This document shows positions 32,684 to 42,403 of a stretch of DNA of 64,000 nt, piece after piece. The DNA lies in NCBI GenBank assembly GCA_034432155.1, contig DAOUCP010000043.1, positions 4,878 through 68,877 of the forward strand, in the 5' to 3' direction. The stretch comes from Anaerolineae bacterium. GTDB lineage: Bacteria > Chloroflexota > Anaerolineae > Epilineales > Epilineaceae. How positions within the stretch are numbered: position 1 is the stretch's first letter; every line of letters starts with the position of its first letter. A program made the translations under genes and the position numbers. Below the pieces are notes generated by a model that did no database searches, had not been told where the DNA came from, and worked only from the letters and a program-made list of their open reading frames with translations.

Positions 32684-35683
32684 CTACCGCCGCACGAGGA
32701 ACGGCAGGTGAGCAACTCGCTGGGGAAGCGGTATCGCGGTTCCTGTGGCCGGCGTTGGGGTGGCGGTCTGAGCGGGCGGTGGCGCCAACGTCGGCAGGCT
32801 CGGCGAGGGCGTCGGATCGCCGACGACTTCGATGGCCGGCACCGGCAAGTAGCTATAGCCAGACTCGACCTGGCCGCCCTGCCCGAGGGTCGCGTAATCC
32901 AGCCGCGTCCACCGCGCCACCGGAAGGTGTCCGAGGCGGCGAGGTACGAGGGCGTGCGTGAGCGACACGCCGCCCACCGGCAACCGGTTGAAGGACCATC
33001 GGACGACCAGGTCGGTGATCTCCGCCGCTGGCGGCTGGGGCAACAGGCCAGCAAGCTCCAAGCCGGGACCGATCTGCTCCTCGAGGGCCAGAAGGGTTAC
33101 CGACCGGATCAACTCGCGCGTGAGTTGGCCGAAGAGGTCGACAAGACTCTCGGGGTCCGGCACCGCAAAGTAGTAACTGGGATCGCTCGCCGCCTCCGGG
33201 AGCGCCGGATCGCACTCGCCGCCAGCGCAGACGGCGACGACGATCACGCCGCTCGCCTTCACCTCGCTTGCCGCCGCCAGGACCGGCCCTGACCCCGTGG
33301 CATTGATGCCGTCGGTCAGAACGATCATCACCTGCGGCACTTCGGCCGCCGCCTCGGCCAGCAGCTCGCCTCCCCGGCGGATGGCGGCACCAATGTTGGT
33401 GCCACCTCCAGCGCGCAAGCGATCCACCAGGTCCAGGACGGACTGCCGGTTCTCGGTGACGCCCACCCACTCGGTGACATCGTCGTTGAACGCCACGGCT
33501 CCGAATAACCATTGCTGCGAGGTCGGGGCGGTGAGCATCGAGCGCACCGCGCGGCGCACCGCCTCGAGCCGACCACTGCCAGCACCCATCGACGCCGAAT
33601 GATCGATCACGAACAGGACCTGCAACGGCAGGTCGGCTGGTGGACACTCCAAGTCAACCTTCGACGTTACCGTGAAGGCTGCCCCGAGCGTGACAACCGA
33701 AGGCTCCGCGTATCGCTCGGCGGTCACCAATCGGCAGGGGCCTTCGCCAGGCGGTGCCAAGACATCGAGCTCCGGGATGCTCAGCCGTGCTGCGCCGACG
33801 GCCCCGCCCCGCTCCCGCCAGCCCACTTCAAGGCCTTCAGCAATCGGCCAACGACCAACCGCCGAGGCGCGCAACGGGTACCGAAGCACAATGAATGGGC
33901 GCAACAGACCCGAGCGGGTCCAGCGCAGACGCCCGTCGGCCAGGACCGTCGGCACATCGATCGCCGGCGGGATGGCGCCGTGGTCGAAAGGCAAGGCCGC
34001 CGAAGGAATCTGGCTGACCACCACCTCCTCCAGGCTGCGCTCCACAAGCGAGGGCACGAATTGTTGCCAGTAGGCGGCGAGATCCGCTGGTTGGGCGGCC
34101 TCGACGGCATACTCCGGTGGGCTCGCCACGCCGGCAGCACAGGTCGTACCACTGCGCACGCAGATGGTGGCGATGCGAACCCCCTCCATGCGGGCCCACT
34201 CGACGGCCGGAGTCGGATCGACGGTCAGGTAGCCATCGTAGAAGAGCACGATGACTGGCAGCGCCCCTGGCCGCCGGTCCGCCAACAACTGGCGGGCGCG
34301 ATCGATCGCATCCCGCGGGTTGGTGTTGCCCGCTGCCACCAGGCCTTCGAAGGCCGCGAGCAGCTGCTCGCGATTCTGGGTGAAAGGCTGGCGCACCTCC
34401 GGCACATCGTTGTACGCGACGACTGCCGCCCGGATCAGGCCGAGATCCAGCTGCCGGACGAAGTCGCGTCCAGCCTGGACCAATCGGGCGAGGGGCTGAC
34501 CCTGCGTCGACCAGGAGCGGTCGATCAGGATGACCACGTCCGCTTGCTGCGGTTGCGGTGGACACTCGGCCAGCAGGGACACGGTGATCGGCACCGAGGC
34601 GCCGAGCAACACTGGCCCGTGGGCCTCTGCCTGTCCGTAGAGCCGACAGGTGGCTGGCGCCGGCGGTGGGGAGAGCACGGTGATGGCATCCGGGCCTACC
34701 TCCGTGCGGAGCCAAGAGCCGCGCGTATCCAACGCCTCGACAACAAGGCGGGTGTGGGTCGCCACCGGGCCCACGAGCGTCGGCCGCAGCCGGTAGCGGG
34801 CGTTCCAACCTTGGGTCTCCTGATCGATCGTCCACTCGAGGAAGCCGCGGCGGTGAAGTGGTGCACCTTGCTCGTAGACCGTCTCCCCAATCCGCGTAGC
34901 AGCTGGCACGGCCGAGCCCGGAACATATGCCGTCTCGCCGCCCAATTCGTCTCGCACCACAAGCTGATCGAGCTCCAGACGGGCCGGCCGACGCGCAATG
35001 GCCGTCAGGATGGGCGCTACGTCGGAGAGGGTGGGCGCGGAGAGCTGCTCTGCCCGGGGCACGTTGACACAACCAGTACCGACGCACACCGCGCTGAGCC
35101 AGACACCCGCTGATCGGGCATCGAAACTGGCGTTGAACAGGCCCTCGGGCGTCGCCGGACGCATGCCCGAGTGGCTGACGAGGACGATGTGACCGCGCCC
35201 TGCCGGCGCGTCGGGGGCATAGAAGCGCTTGCTGGCGGCATCGAGCAGGGTGGCCGCGTCACTGCCATAGGCCGCGGGTCCGTAGGCCGCCAGCGCAGCG
35301 GCTAGGACGGCATCGTCATCGGTCCAAGGCACGACCAGGGGCGGATAGGCGTGCCCCAGAACGAGGCTGATCTGCGATGCCGGCGAGGCCAAGGCAGCGA
35401 GAAAGGCCGAGGCTGCCTGCCGGACCAAGGTTGCTTCGGCCGATGTGGCCCAAGGACCCAGGGCCAGAACGAAGTGGCGGTCGAGAGACTCGTCGGGACA
35501 GCTCGCCTGAACGCGGAGCTGCACCGCCACGTCTCCGTCGAGCCGGACGACAGGTGGCGAAACCAGGCGGCTGGCCGAGAGCTCGCACGCCTGGGCTGCT
35601 ACCGCGTGAACCCGCTGCGCGCTGCCTGACGCAAGGACCGGCAACAGGCAGAAGAGCGTGGCCAGCACACGCCTGGCGGTCAC
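32684..35683 (-). CDS. Secreted protein with three von Willebrand factor A (vWA) domains
   Basis: Signal peptide MTARRVLATLFCLLPVLASGSA. vWA MIDAS-like DxSxS starts: VVILIDRSWSTQG, VLFVIDHSASMGAG, and a degenerate first domain. The GTG start overlaps the ddl stop (GTGA). Confidence 0.65.
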   Translation of the reverse strand: MTARRVLATLFCLLPVLASGSAQRVHAVAAQACELSASRLVSPPVVRLDGDVAVQLRVQASCPDESLDRHFVLALGPWATSAEATLVRQAASAFLAALASPASQISLVLGHAYPPLVVPWTDDDAVLAAALAAYGPAAYGSDAATLLDAASKRFYAPDAPAGRGHIVLVSHSGMRPATPEGLFNASFDARSAGVWLSAVCVGTGCVNVPRAEQLSAPTLSDVAPILTAIARRPARLELDQLVVRDELGGETAYVPGSAVPAATRIGETVYEQGAPLHRRGFLEWTIDQETQGWNARYRLRPTLVGPVATHTRLVVEALDTRGSWLRTEVGPDAITVLSPPPAPATCRLYGQAEAHGPVLLGASVPITVSLLAECPPQPQQADVVILIDRSWSTQGQPLARLVQAGRDFVRQLDLGLIRAAVVAYNDVPEVRQPFTQNREQLLAAFEGLVAAGNTNPRDAIDRARQLLADRRPGALPVIVLFYDGYLTVDPTPAVEWARMEGVRIATICVRSGTTCAAGVASPPEYAVEAAQPADLAAYWQQFVPSLVERSLEEVVVSQIPSAALPFDHGAIPPAIDVPTVLADGRLRWTRSGLLRPFIVLRYPLRASAVGRWPIAEGLEVGWRERGGAVGAARLSIPELDVLAPPGEGPCRLVTAERYAEPSVVTLGAAFTVTSKVDLECPPADLPLQVLFVIDHSASMGAGSGRLEAVRRAVRSMLTAPTSQQWLFGAVAFNDDVTEWVGVTENRQSVLDLVDRLRAGGGTNIGAAIRRGGELLAEAAAEVPQVMIVLTDGINATGSGPVLAAASEVKASGVIVVAVCAGGECDPALPEAASDPSYYFAVPDPESLVDLFGQLTRELIRSVTLLALEEQIGPGLELAGLLPQPPAAEITDLVVRWSFNRLPVGGVSLTHALVPRRLGHLPVARWTRLDYATLGQGGQVESGYSYLPVPAIEVVGDPTPSPSLPTLAPPPAQTATPTPATGTAIPLPQRVAHLPFLVRR

Positions 35684-36741
35684 AATGGGCCTCGCTTGGC
35701 GGCGTGGGCCTCGAGTGCCAGCTGGACGATGCGGTCCACGAGCGCGGCCGGGCTGAGGCCAGCCTCGGCTGCCTGATGGAACATGAAGCTGGAAGGCGCC
35801 ATGCCAGACGTAGAGTTAGGGTCGGTGAAGAAGATGCGGCCATCGGGCAGCAGGAACCCGTCGAGGCGCGCGTAGCCCTGAAAGCCCAGCGCTCGGTAGG
35901 CGCGCCGGGCCTCGGCCTGGATGCGGGCCACGTTCTCGGCGCCCACCGGGGCCGGGGTGATCTTCTGGGAGCGGCCCGGCATGTACTTATCGTCGTACGT
36001 CATCACAGGGTTCTGGGTGCGCGTCTCGGTCGGCAGAAACGCCTCCACCTCCTCGTTGCCCAGCAGGATCACAGAGAACTCCCGACCCGCCAACCGTTCC
36101 TCCACCAGTACCCGGTTGTCCCAGGCAAACGCCTTCGCCATGGCCGGAGGTAGCTGGTCCACGCTGGCCACCAGGGACACGCCGATGCTCGAGCCTTCCC
36201 GGGCCGGCAGGACCACGGCCGGCAGGCCGATGGTCTGTAAAATGCGCTCCTGGCAGGCTTCGGCGTCGGCACTCCACTCCGCTTCCCGCACCACGAGCTC
36301 GCGCGGCACCTCGAATCCCGCCTCGGCCAGCAGTTGGTGGGCGGTCGCTTTGTCGAGCGAGACGCCGCATGCCAGAACCCCGGAGCCAGTGTACGGAATG
36401 TCCAGCAGTTCAAGGGTGCCCTGGATGCAGCCGTCGTCTCCGTATTTGCCGTGCAGGGCGATGAAAGCTACGTCGATACGCTGGCGAAGATCTTCTAGCG
36501 GCTGCCGCTCGCCCTCGGCTGCGAGTCGAGCCTCGATATCGTCGCAGGTATTCTGGATGACCAGCTTCTCCGGAATCCGCCACACGCGTCCGGCAACATC
36601 CATGAAGAGCGCGACAGGTTCGTACCGGGAGCGGTCAAGGTTGTAATAGACCTGACGGCCGCTGGCCAACGAGACTTCTCGCTCGCTGGAGCGACCGCCC
36701 AGCAGCACGCCGACCCGGAGCCGTCGTTCGTTGGGCACCAC
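35680..36741 (-). CDS. ddl: D-alanine--D-alanine ligase
   Basis: (M)VPNERRLRVGVLLGGRSSEREVSLASG...ALHGKYGDDG... ATP-grasp. The start is set at GTG ~36741/36738 because a minus-strand CACTATAATCCCA -10 lies 4-7 nt upstream. The track start at 36774 is a TTG upstream of that -10. Confidence 0.8.
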   Translation of the reverse strand: MVPNERRLRVGVLLGGRSSEREVSLASGRQVYYNLDRSRYEPVALFMDVAGRVWRIPEKLVIQNTCDDIEARLAAEGERQPLEDLRQRIDVAFIALHGKYGDDGCIQGTLELLDIPYTGSGVLACGVSLDKATAHQLLAEAGFEVPRELVVREAEWSADAEACQERILQTIGLPAVVLPAREGSSIGVSLVASVDQLPPAMAKAFAWDNRVLVEERLAGREFSVILLGNEEVEAFLPTETRTQNPVMTYDDKYMPGRSQKITPAPVGAENVARIQAEARRAYRALGFQGYARLDGFLLPDGRIFFTDPNSTSGMAPSSFMFHQAAEAGLSPAALVDRIVQLALEAHAAKRGPL

Positions 36742-36745
36742 TGGG

Positions 36746-36751
36746 ATTATA
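36746..36751 (-). promoter_or_regulatory. TATAAT -10 hexamer (minus strand) 4-7 nt upstream of ddl GTG start; leaderless-type promoter
   Basis: The minus strand reads GGCCACTATAATCCCAGTGGTGCCC. Confidence 0.4.
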
Positions 36752-36829
36752 GTGGCCGCAGCGGAGCCCACCAATCGACCGCCGGCGCTGCCGCCACCAG
36801 GAGCCAGCAGCCCACCGGCAAGAGCGGGG

Positions 36830-39205
36830 CTATGGCGTGGCAGGCATCTGGAGGGGGAACAGGAGCGGAAGCAACAGCACCACCACCAGGAACAACAAAC
36901 CGATCAGCGGCAGGCCGAAGCGGCCATAGTCGCGAAAGCGGTAGCCTCCTGGGCCCATGACCATCAGGTTGACGGCGTGACCGGTGGGACTGGCGAAACC
37001 AGCCGACGCTGCCAGGGCGACGGCCATCAAGAAGGCCTCGGGAGCTACACCGAGCCGCAGCGCAGCACTCAAGCCGACAGGCGCAAGCAGCACCGCGACG
37101 GCCGGATTCGGCACGAACTGCACCGCCGCAGCACCCAAGAGGTAGATGGCGGCGAGGGCGGCGCGAGCTCCGGCACGTCCGGCCGCGTCAGCGACGACGT
37201 TGCCGATGAGGCTCGCCGCGCCGGTGTCCTGCAGCGCCACGCCCAGTGGCAAGGTGCTGGCAATCAGGAACACCACCGGCCATTCGACACCGCGGTAGGC
37301 CTCCTCCATGGTCAGACAGCCCACCAGCACCATCGCGATGGCGCCCAAGATGCCGGCGATGGCGATGGGCAAGAGACCACTGATCGCGGCACCGATCACG
37401 GCGGCCAAGATCCCCACCGCCCAGGGAGCCAGACGGCGCCGTGGCACCGGCTGCAGACGCTGCGTCAAGACGAGGAAATCGGGCTCAGTTGCCAGAAGCT
37501 CGATCCGCTCGCGCGGACCGTGCAGGAGCAAGGCGTCGCCAAAGCGCAAGGCCATCTCGCGCAAGTTGGAGCGGTAGGACCGCCCCTCGCGCCACAGGGC
37601 AATGGCGTTCAGCCCGTAGCGTTCGCGGAAGCGGATGTCGCGAAGCGTGCGGCCGATCAGAGTCGTGTGGGGTGAGAGAACAGCCTCGGCGAGGGCTACG
37701 TTTTCGGACTCGAGTGTGTCTACCGTAGGCGAAGGCTCAGGATCCACTTCGAGGGTCTGCAGGCCGTCCAGCACCCGGAGGCTCCGCTCGCCGCCGGCGA
37801 TGAGCAAGAGATCCTCTGCCAAGAGGACCTGATCTGCGGAGGGGGCCGCGATGGTGCTCCCGGAGCGCACAATGGCGGCCACATTGATGTCGAACGCGTC
37901 GCCCAGGCGACTGTCGGCCAACGTCCGTCCGGCCAGTGCCGATCCTGGCGGAATGGATGCCGTGACTAGGTGCCGACGGTGGGGATGCTCGAGAATGCCA
38001 CGGCCAGAGGCGTCGCGGCGGAACTCACAGAAATCGGTCTCGCCAGCCAGCCGGCCGATCGCCTCTTGTGGGCCAATGACAATGAGCTGATCCCCGGCAC
38101 GCAAGACTACGTCACGCAGATCACCCGTCACTGGCCGCTCGTGGTGCACCACGCCAACGACGCTGACCTGATAACGCCGCCGAAACTCGGCTGCGGCGAG
38201 GCTGGTGCCAACCAGGGCCGATTCCTGGGCGATCCGCAGAGTGGCCGCTGCAAGCTGGTCCAGCACGGCCGGCGGTAGGTCAGTCAAGCTACCGGTGACC
38301 ACGAGATCAGGCGCGCCGCGCAGTTCCGCCAGCCGGTCGAGGCGGCCCTCGACCACCAGCTTGTCGCCCGAGGCAAGCACGAAATGAGGGCCGGGTGCGA
38401 GCTCGCTGTGGCCGCCGCGCACCACGGCCATCACTTGCACGCCCAGGGCGGCTCCCAGCCGGCTGGCACCCAGGCTCATGCCGGCCAGGGCCGATCCGGC
38501 CGGGATGCGCAGAACCTCCATGCGGCCCGGCAGGTCATACAGCCGAGCCAGCTCGGCAGTCGTCAGGCCCGCGGTCTCGACGCCGGGCGCGAAGTGCGGC
38601 AAGACGCGTCGGCCGAAGGTCACCGCGAAACCGATTCCCACTGCCAGGCAGACCGCGGCCGCGGGCGTGAAGGTGAACATGCCAAAGGGTCTGGCCAGGC
38701 CTTGCTCGCGCGTGAAGGTCGCAATGAGGATGTTAGGCGGCGTGCCGATCTGGGTGAGTGTGCCGCCCAATTGAGCTGCCATCGCCAGGGGGATCAGATA
38801 GCGGCCCACGGGACGTCTGGTCTGGCGGCAAACATCGACCACCGCCGGCAGCAGGAGCGCCATGGCGGCGACGTTGTTCACGAACGCTGACAGCATGGCC
38901 TCGGCGACCATGATGGCGACCATCAGGACGACCTCACTGTGACCAGCCAGGCGCAGGATGGCTCGACCGATGGAGTGGGCCACGCCCGAGTGCACCAAGC
39001 CGGCACTCAGCATGAACATTGCCCAAACGGTGACGACGGCCGGACTGGCGAACCCGGCCACGGCTTGTTCGGGGCTCACGAGGCCGGTGATGGCGAGGAG
39101 AGCCAGGACCAGAAGGCCGACCAGATCGGGCCGCAAGCGCTCGCTGGCCAGCAGCGCCACCGCGCCAACCAGAATGGCTAGCACGGCGAGGATCTCGGGC
39201 GTCAC
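36830..39205 (-). CDS. Anion permease of the ArsB/NhaD/SLC13 (DASS/CitMHS-like) superfamily with central tandem TrkA-C (RCK_C) domains
   Basis: 791 aa. N- and C-terminal polytopic membrane halves flank about four RCK_C-like cytoplasmic repeats (VLRIPAGSALAGMSLGASRLG..., ASIPPGSALAGRTLADSRLG...). Confidence 0.8.
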   Translation of the reverse strand: MTPEILAVLAILVGAVALLASERLRPDLVGLLVLALLAITGLVSPEQAVAGFASPAVVTVWAMFMLSAGLVHSGVAHSIGRAILRLAGHSEVVLMVAIMVAEAMLSAFVNNVAAMALLLPAVVDVCRQTRRPVGRYLIPLAMAAQLGGTLTQIGTPPNILIATFTREQGLARPFGMFTFTPAAAVCLAVGIGFAVTFGRRVLPHFAPGVETAGLTTAELARLYDLPGRMEVLRIPAGSALAGMSLGASRLGAALGVQVMAVVRGGHSELAPGPHFVLASGDKLVVEGRLDRLAELRGAPDLVVTGSLTDLPPAVLDQLAAATLRIAQESALVGTSLAAAEFRRRYQVSVVGVVHHERPVTGDLRDVVLRAGDQLIVIGPQEAIGRLAGETDFCEFRRDASGRGILEHPHRRHLVTASIPPGSALAGRTLADSRLGDAFDINVAAIVRSGSTIAAPSADQVLLAEDLLLIAGGERSLRVLDGLQTLEVDPEPSPTVDTLESENVALAEAVLSPHTTLIGRTLRDIRFRERYGLNAIALWREGRSYRSNLREMALRFGDALLLHGPRERIELLATEPDFLVLTQRLQPVPRRRLAPWAVGILAAVIGAAISGLLPIAIAGILGAIAMVLVGCLTMEEAYRGVEWPVVFLIASTLPLGVALQDTGAASLIGNVVADAAGRAGARAALAAIYLLGAAAVQFVPNPAVAVLLAPVGLSAALRLGVAPEAFLMAVALAASAGFASPTGHAVNLMVMGPGGYRFRDYGRFGLPLIGLLFLVVVLLLPLLFPLQMPATP

Positions 39206-39420
39206 AGGCTGAGCTTACTTGCGAGTGGCGAACGGCACAAGTGGACCCTCCGGTCGGCGTTGACGGCCGGCAGGGCCCTAGGCGGGAGCGGCGGGCTAGC
39301 TCGCGCCCAATTCGACCCCTGCCCTTGCCAACCACGGGCGTCGGCGGCTGGGCTGCCGTGACGGCATCCGAGAGGCCCTCCTTCGCGCGTGTCCTGCGCG
39401 GCACCGCTTCCCGGCCGCCG

Positions 39421-39431
39421 GCACGCGCCGT
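39421..39431 (+). promoter_or_regulatory. Candidate promoter -10 GTAGAATGGGC located 8 nt upstream of flippase GTG start (leaderless-type)
   Basis: Reads cgccGTAGAATGGGCgatcGTG. It shares an 11-mer with the dnaX upstream region. Confidence 0.4.
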
Positions 39432-39444
39432 AGAATGGGCGATC

Positions 39445-40896
39445 GTGGAGGAGCCCGAGTTCCTGGCCCGCCAGCCGCTCACGGGCCGCACGCTGCGCGG
39501 TACCGCCGTCCAGGTGGCGACGACGTTCGGCCTCAGCGCCTTCGGGCTCCTGCGAGGCGTGCTGTTTGCACGCTGGTTCGTGCCGGCCGAACTGGGGGTC
39601 TACGAATCGGCGGCCCTCATGGTCCGCTTGGCTGGTCTGTTCAGCCAGCTAGGCACTCGGCAGGCCGTGATCCGCGAAGGCACCCGGTTCCGGCGGCTGT
39701 TGGCAAGTGCCCTGGTGTTCGACGGCCTGGTGAGCAGCTTCTCCTACCTGGTGTTGCTCATCGGCGCGCCGTGGGTCGCACGCTGGTTGCACAATCCCGA
39801 GCTCACCTTCTGGATCCGCCTGCTCGCGATCACGATTTACAGCAGTACCCTCGCGTTGCCTGCCGCCCAGTGGGACCGGGCCATGCGCTTCGGGATCAGC
39901 AAGCTGCCGCGAGCTTTGGGCACACTGGCGACCATCGGCGCGACGGCCGTGCTGAGGCATGGCGGCTTCGGCACCGAGAGCCTGCTGTGGGGCGCGCTTG
40001 TGGGCTTCGCGATCGAGCACGCGATGATCTGGCTTCTGGTCCCTTACCGGCCGCGTCCCGGCTGGGAGGCGCAGGACGTGCAGCGACTGGCCGCCTTTAC
40101 CCTGCCTTTGGTTCTGAACGCCGTGCTCAACTACGTCGTGTTCGAGGGCGACGACCTCCTGGTCCGGGCTTTCCACAACGATGCTACGCTGGCACTCTAC
40201 CAGCGGGCCTTCGAGTGGCCGTACTACCTGACGAACGTCGTGGCCATGACTTCCGCCGTGCTGTATCCGGCTCTTTGCCGGGTGGCCGGCGAGCCGAGCC
40301 GGGTGCGGCGTGCCTTCGGGCAAAGCAACCGCTACATCGGGCTGGTTACGCTGCCGGCCGGCGTCGGCCTTGCCGCCTTCGCCGCGCCCCTGGTGCGTCT
40401 GCTCTACGGAGAGGCGTGGCTGACCTGCGTACCCTGGATGATGGTGTTCGCGCTGGCCTTCGCGCTACGCACGGCAACCGGCTACAACTGGCACCTGTTG
40501 CCGATGAGCCGCGGTGACACGCGATCGGTTGCCCGCGTGGGAGCCGGCAGCGCCGTGCTGACAGTCGCCCTGGGATTGCCGCTGATCAGCCGCTATGGGG
40601 GATTGGGTGGCGCTGTTACCAACGCTTTGGTCCTGGTCCTCTGGGCGCTGCCAGCGCGCTTCTGGGTGGTCCGAACCGAGCTGGGCAGCCTGGACTTCCT
40701 TCGCGATCTCGGGCCGCCGCTCGTTGCCGCAGCCGGGGCATCGGCGGTGGCGTTCTTGCCCGAGGCCAGGGATTGGCCAACGCTTGGCGGGCAGCTCAGT
40801 CTCTTCGTCCTCACCTATGTATTGTTGTTGCTGGCCTTTCGCCCGGGCCTGGTGGCCGAGGCTCGGACCATGATCGAATCGATGCGCCAACCATGA
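39445..40896 (+). CDS. Polysaccharide biosynthesis flippase (Wzx-like, MOP/PST family)
   Basis: About 12-14 TM. The polysacc_synt-like N-terminus reads TFGLSAFGLLRGVLFARWFVPAELGVYESAALMV. The GTG start at 39445 is chosen from promoter context; the track ORF starts at 39241. Confidence 0.7.
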   Translation: MEEPEFLARQPLTGRTLRGTAVQVATTFGLSAFGLLRGVLFARWFVPAELGVYESAALMVRLAGLFSQLGTRQAVIREGTRFRRLLASALVFDGLVSSFSYLVLLIGAPWVARWLHNPELTFWIRLLAITIYSSTLALPAAQWDRAMRFGISKLPRALGTLATIGATAVLRHGGFGTESLLWGALVGFAIEHAMIWLLVPYRPRPGWEAQDVQRLAAFTLPLVLNAVLNYVVFEGDDLLVRAFHNDATLALYQRAFEWPYYLTNVVAMTSAVLYPALCRVAGEPSRVRRAFGQSNRYIGLVTLPAGVGLAAFAAPLVRLLYGEAWLTCVPWMMVFALAFALRTATGYNWHLLPMSRGDTRSVARVGAGSAVLTVALGLPLISRYGGLGGAVTNALVLVLWALPARFWVVRTELGSLDFLRDLGPPLVAAAGASAVAFLPEARDWPTLGGQLSLFVLTYVLLLLAFRPGLVAEARTMIESMRQP

Positions 40897-42176
40897 CCGG
40901 CCCAAGAGTTCTCTTGACCGACCACTACAACTCCTACAACCGCGGCGACGCCGCCATCCTGGACGGCATGCTGATCGCGCTCCGCGAGGAGCTGCCGGGC
41001 GCATCCTTCCTCGTGGTCTCCGACTACCCCGAGGTGGCGAGCCAAGCGCACGGCGTGGCGGCTTTGGCCTGGCGCGTGATGGGCTATCCGTCGCGCCGCG
41101 CGCTGGTCGGCTGGCTCGTCCGCAGCCTGGGCTGGACTTGCCTGGCGCGGTTGGGTCTGAGAACCGAATGGCCGCTCCATGACTGGGAAGCTCGGCTCAT
41201 GGCGGCCTACCAGCAAGCCGATCTCGTGATCGCCAGTGGCGGCTCGTACCTGCGCAGCGGTTACCGCTCGTCGTGGCTTCGCTTGTGGCAGATGTTGCTG
41301 GCCAAGCTGCTGGGCCGCAAGGTGATGCTCTACGCCCAATCGATCGGTCCCTTCGTACCGGGCTCTCGCCTGGAGCGATGGGCGGCCTTCGTTCTGCGGC
41401 GCATGGACGCTATCACGCTGCGCGATTCGGAATCGGCAGGCGTACTGGAGCGGCTCGGGGTGCGGCGACCGTACGTCGAGGTGACCGCCGATGCCGCCCT
41501 CTGCCTGCCGCCACCGGTGGTGCACCGCGAGCCGCACCGCCAGCCTCGCATCGGCGTGTCCGTCATCCACTGGCACAAGTTCCGGCAGGGCAGCATGACG
41601 GCCTATACCACCGCCTTGGCCGAGGCGCTCGATCAGCTGATCTCTGCCTGGGACACGGGCGTCGAATTCCTGTCGACCACCGTCGCTCCGCCTGGCTGCG
41701 CCATGAACGTGTCGGGCACTGGCCGGGATGACCGTCGCGCGGCCCAGGAAGTGCTCGCCCGAATGGTGCACCGAGGGCGGGCGACGATTCAGGATGGTCC
41801 GCTCTCGGTGGCGGATTTGCACGCCCGGATTGCCCAGCACGATCTATGGATCGGCACCCGTTTGCACTCGACAATTCTGGCGACCATGGCTCTGGTGCCT
41901 TGCCTGGGCATCGCGTACGAGCCGAAGATGCGTGGCTACTTTGCTCAGCTTGGCCTAGAGGAGTACGTACTGGACATCGAGACTCTCTCGGCGCCCGATC
42001 TTGTCCGCGCGGCCGAATCGATCTGGCGACAATCGGCAGTCATCCGTGCCCAGCTTGCGGAGCGCTTGCCGCCCTTGCGGGCTCGTGCGCGCCGCTCGGC
42101 GGTGATCGCCCGCGGCTTGCTCGAGGGCCGCATTGGGCCGACGTCGGCCTGGCCCGGGTGCGAGGGCAATGGCTGA
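40893..42176 (+). CDS. Polysaccharide pyruvyl transferase (CsaB/WcaK family)
   Basis: MTGPRVLLTDHYNSYNRGDAAILDGMLIALREELPGASFLVVSDYPE...KVMLYAQSIGPF... The ATG overlaps the flippase TGA (ATGA). Confidence 0.8.
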   Translation: MTGPRVLLTDHYNSYNRGDAAILDGMLIALREELPGASFLVVSDYPEVASQAHGVAALAWRVMGYPSRRALVGWLVRSLGWTCLARLGLRTEWPLHDWEARLMAAYQQADLVIASGGSYLRSGYRSSWLRLWQMLLAKLLGRKVMLYAQSIGPFVPGSRLERWAAFVLRRMDAITLRDSESAGVLERLGVRRPYVEVTADAALCLPPPVVHREPHRQPRIGVSVIHWHKFRQGSMTAYTTALAEALDQLISAWDTGVEFLSTTVAPPGCAMNVSGTGRDDRRAAQEVLARMVHRGRATIQDGPLSVADLHARIAQHDLWIGTRLHSTILATMALVPCLGIAYEPKMRGYFAQLGLEEYVLDIETLSAPDLVRAAESIWRQSAVIRAQLAERLPPLRARARRSAVIARGLLEGRIGPTSAWPGCEGNG

Positions 42177-42222
42177 TTGCCCGGCGTTGGTCACGCTGTG
42201 CGGGCTTCCGGCTGGTCCGAGG

Positions 42223-42390
42223 TTACGGGCGGCTAGCGGCCCTCGCTTCTTCGGTGGCCCCTCCTTACGGGCGGCTAGCGGCCCTCGCTTCTTCGGTGGC
42301 CCCTCGTTACGGGCGGCTAGCGGCCCTCGCTTCTTCGGTGGCCCGGCGTTGCGGGCATCTAGCGGACCTCGCTTCCTCGCCGGACCCATC
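42223..42390. repeat. Tandem repeat, 42-bp unit x4 (TTACGGGCGGCTAGCGGCCCTCGCTTCTTCGGTGGCCCCTCC; three near-identical copies + one degenerate)
   Basis: Intergenic, between the pyruvyl transferase and the GT4 gene. It makes repetitive pseudo-ORFs on both strands (LRAASGPRFFGGPS...). Confidence 0.85.
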
Positions 42391-42403
42391 GGAGCCTGAA
42401 GCC

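Noticed and set aside
42223-42390. CRISPR array (considered for the 42-bp, 35-bp, 29-bp and 12-bp repeat arrays)
   Set aside because: The repeats are directly tandem, with no unique spacers between units. No cas genes are in the window.
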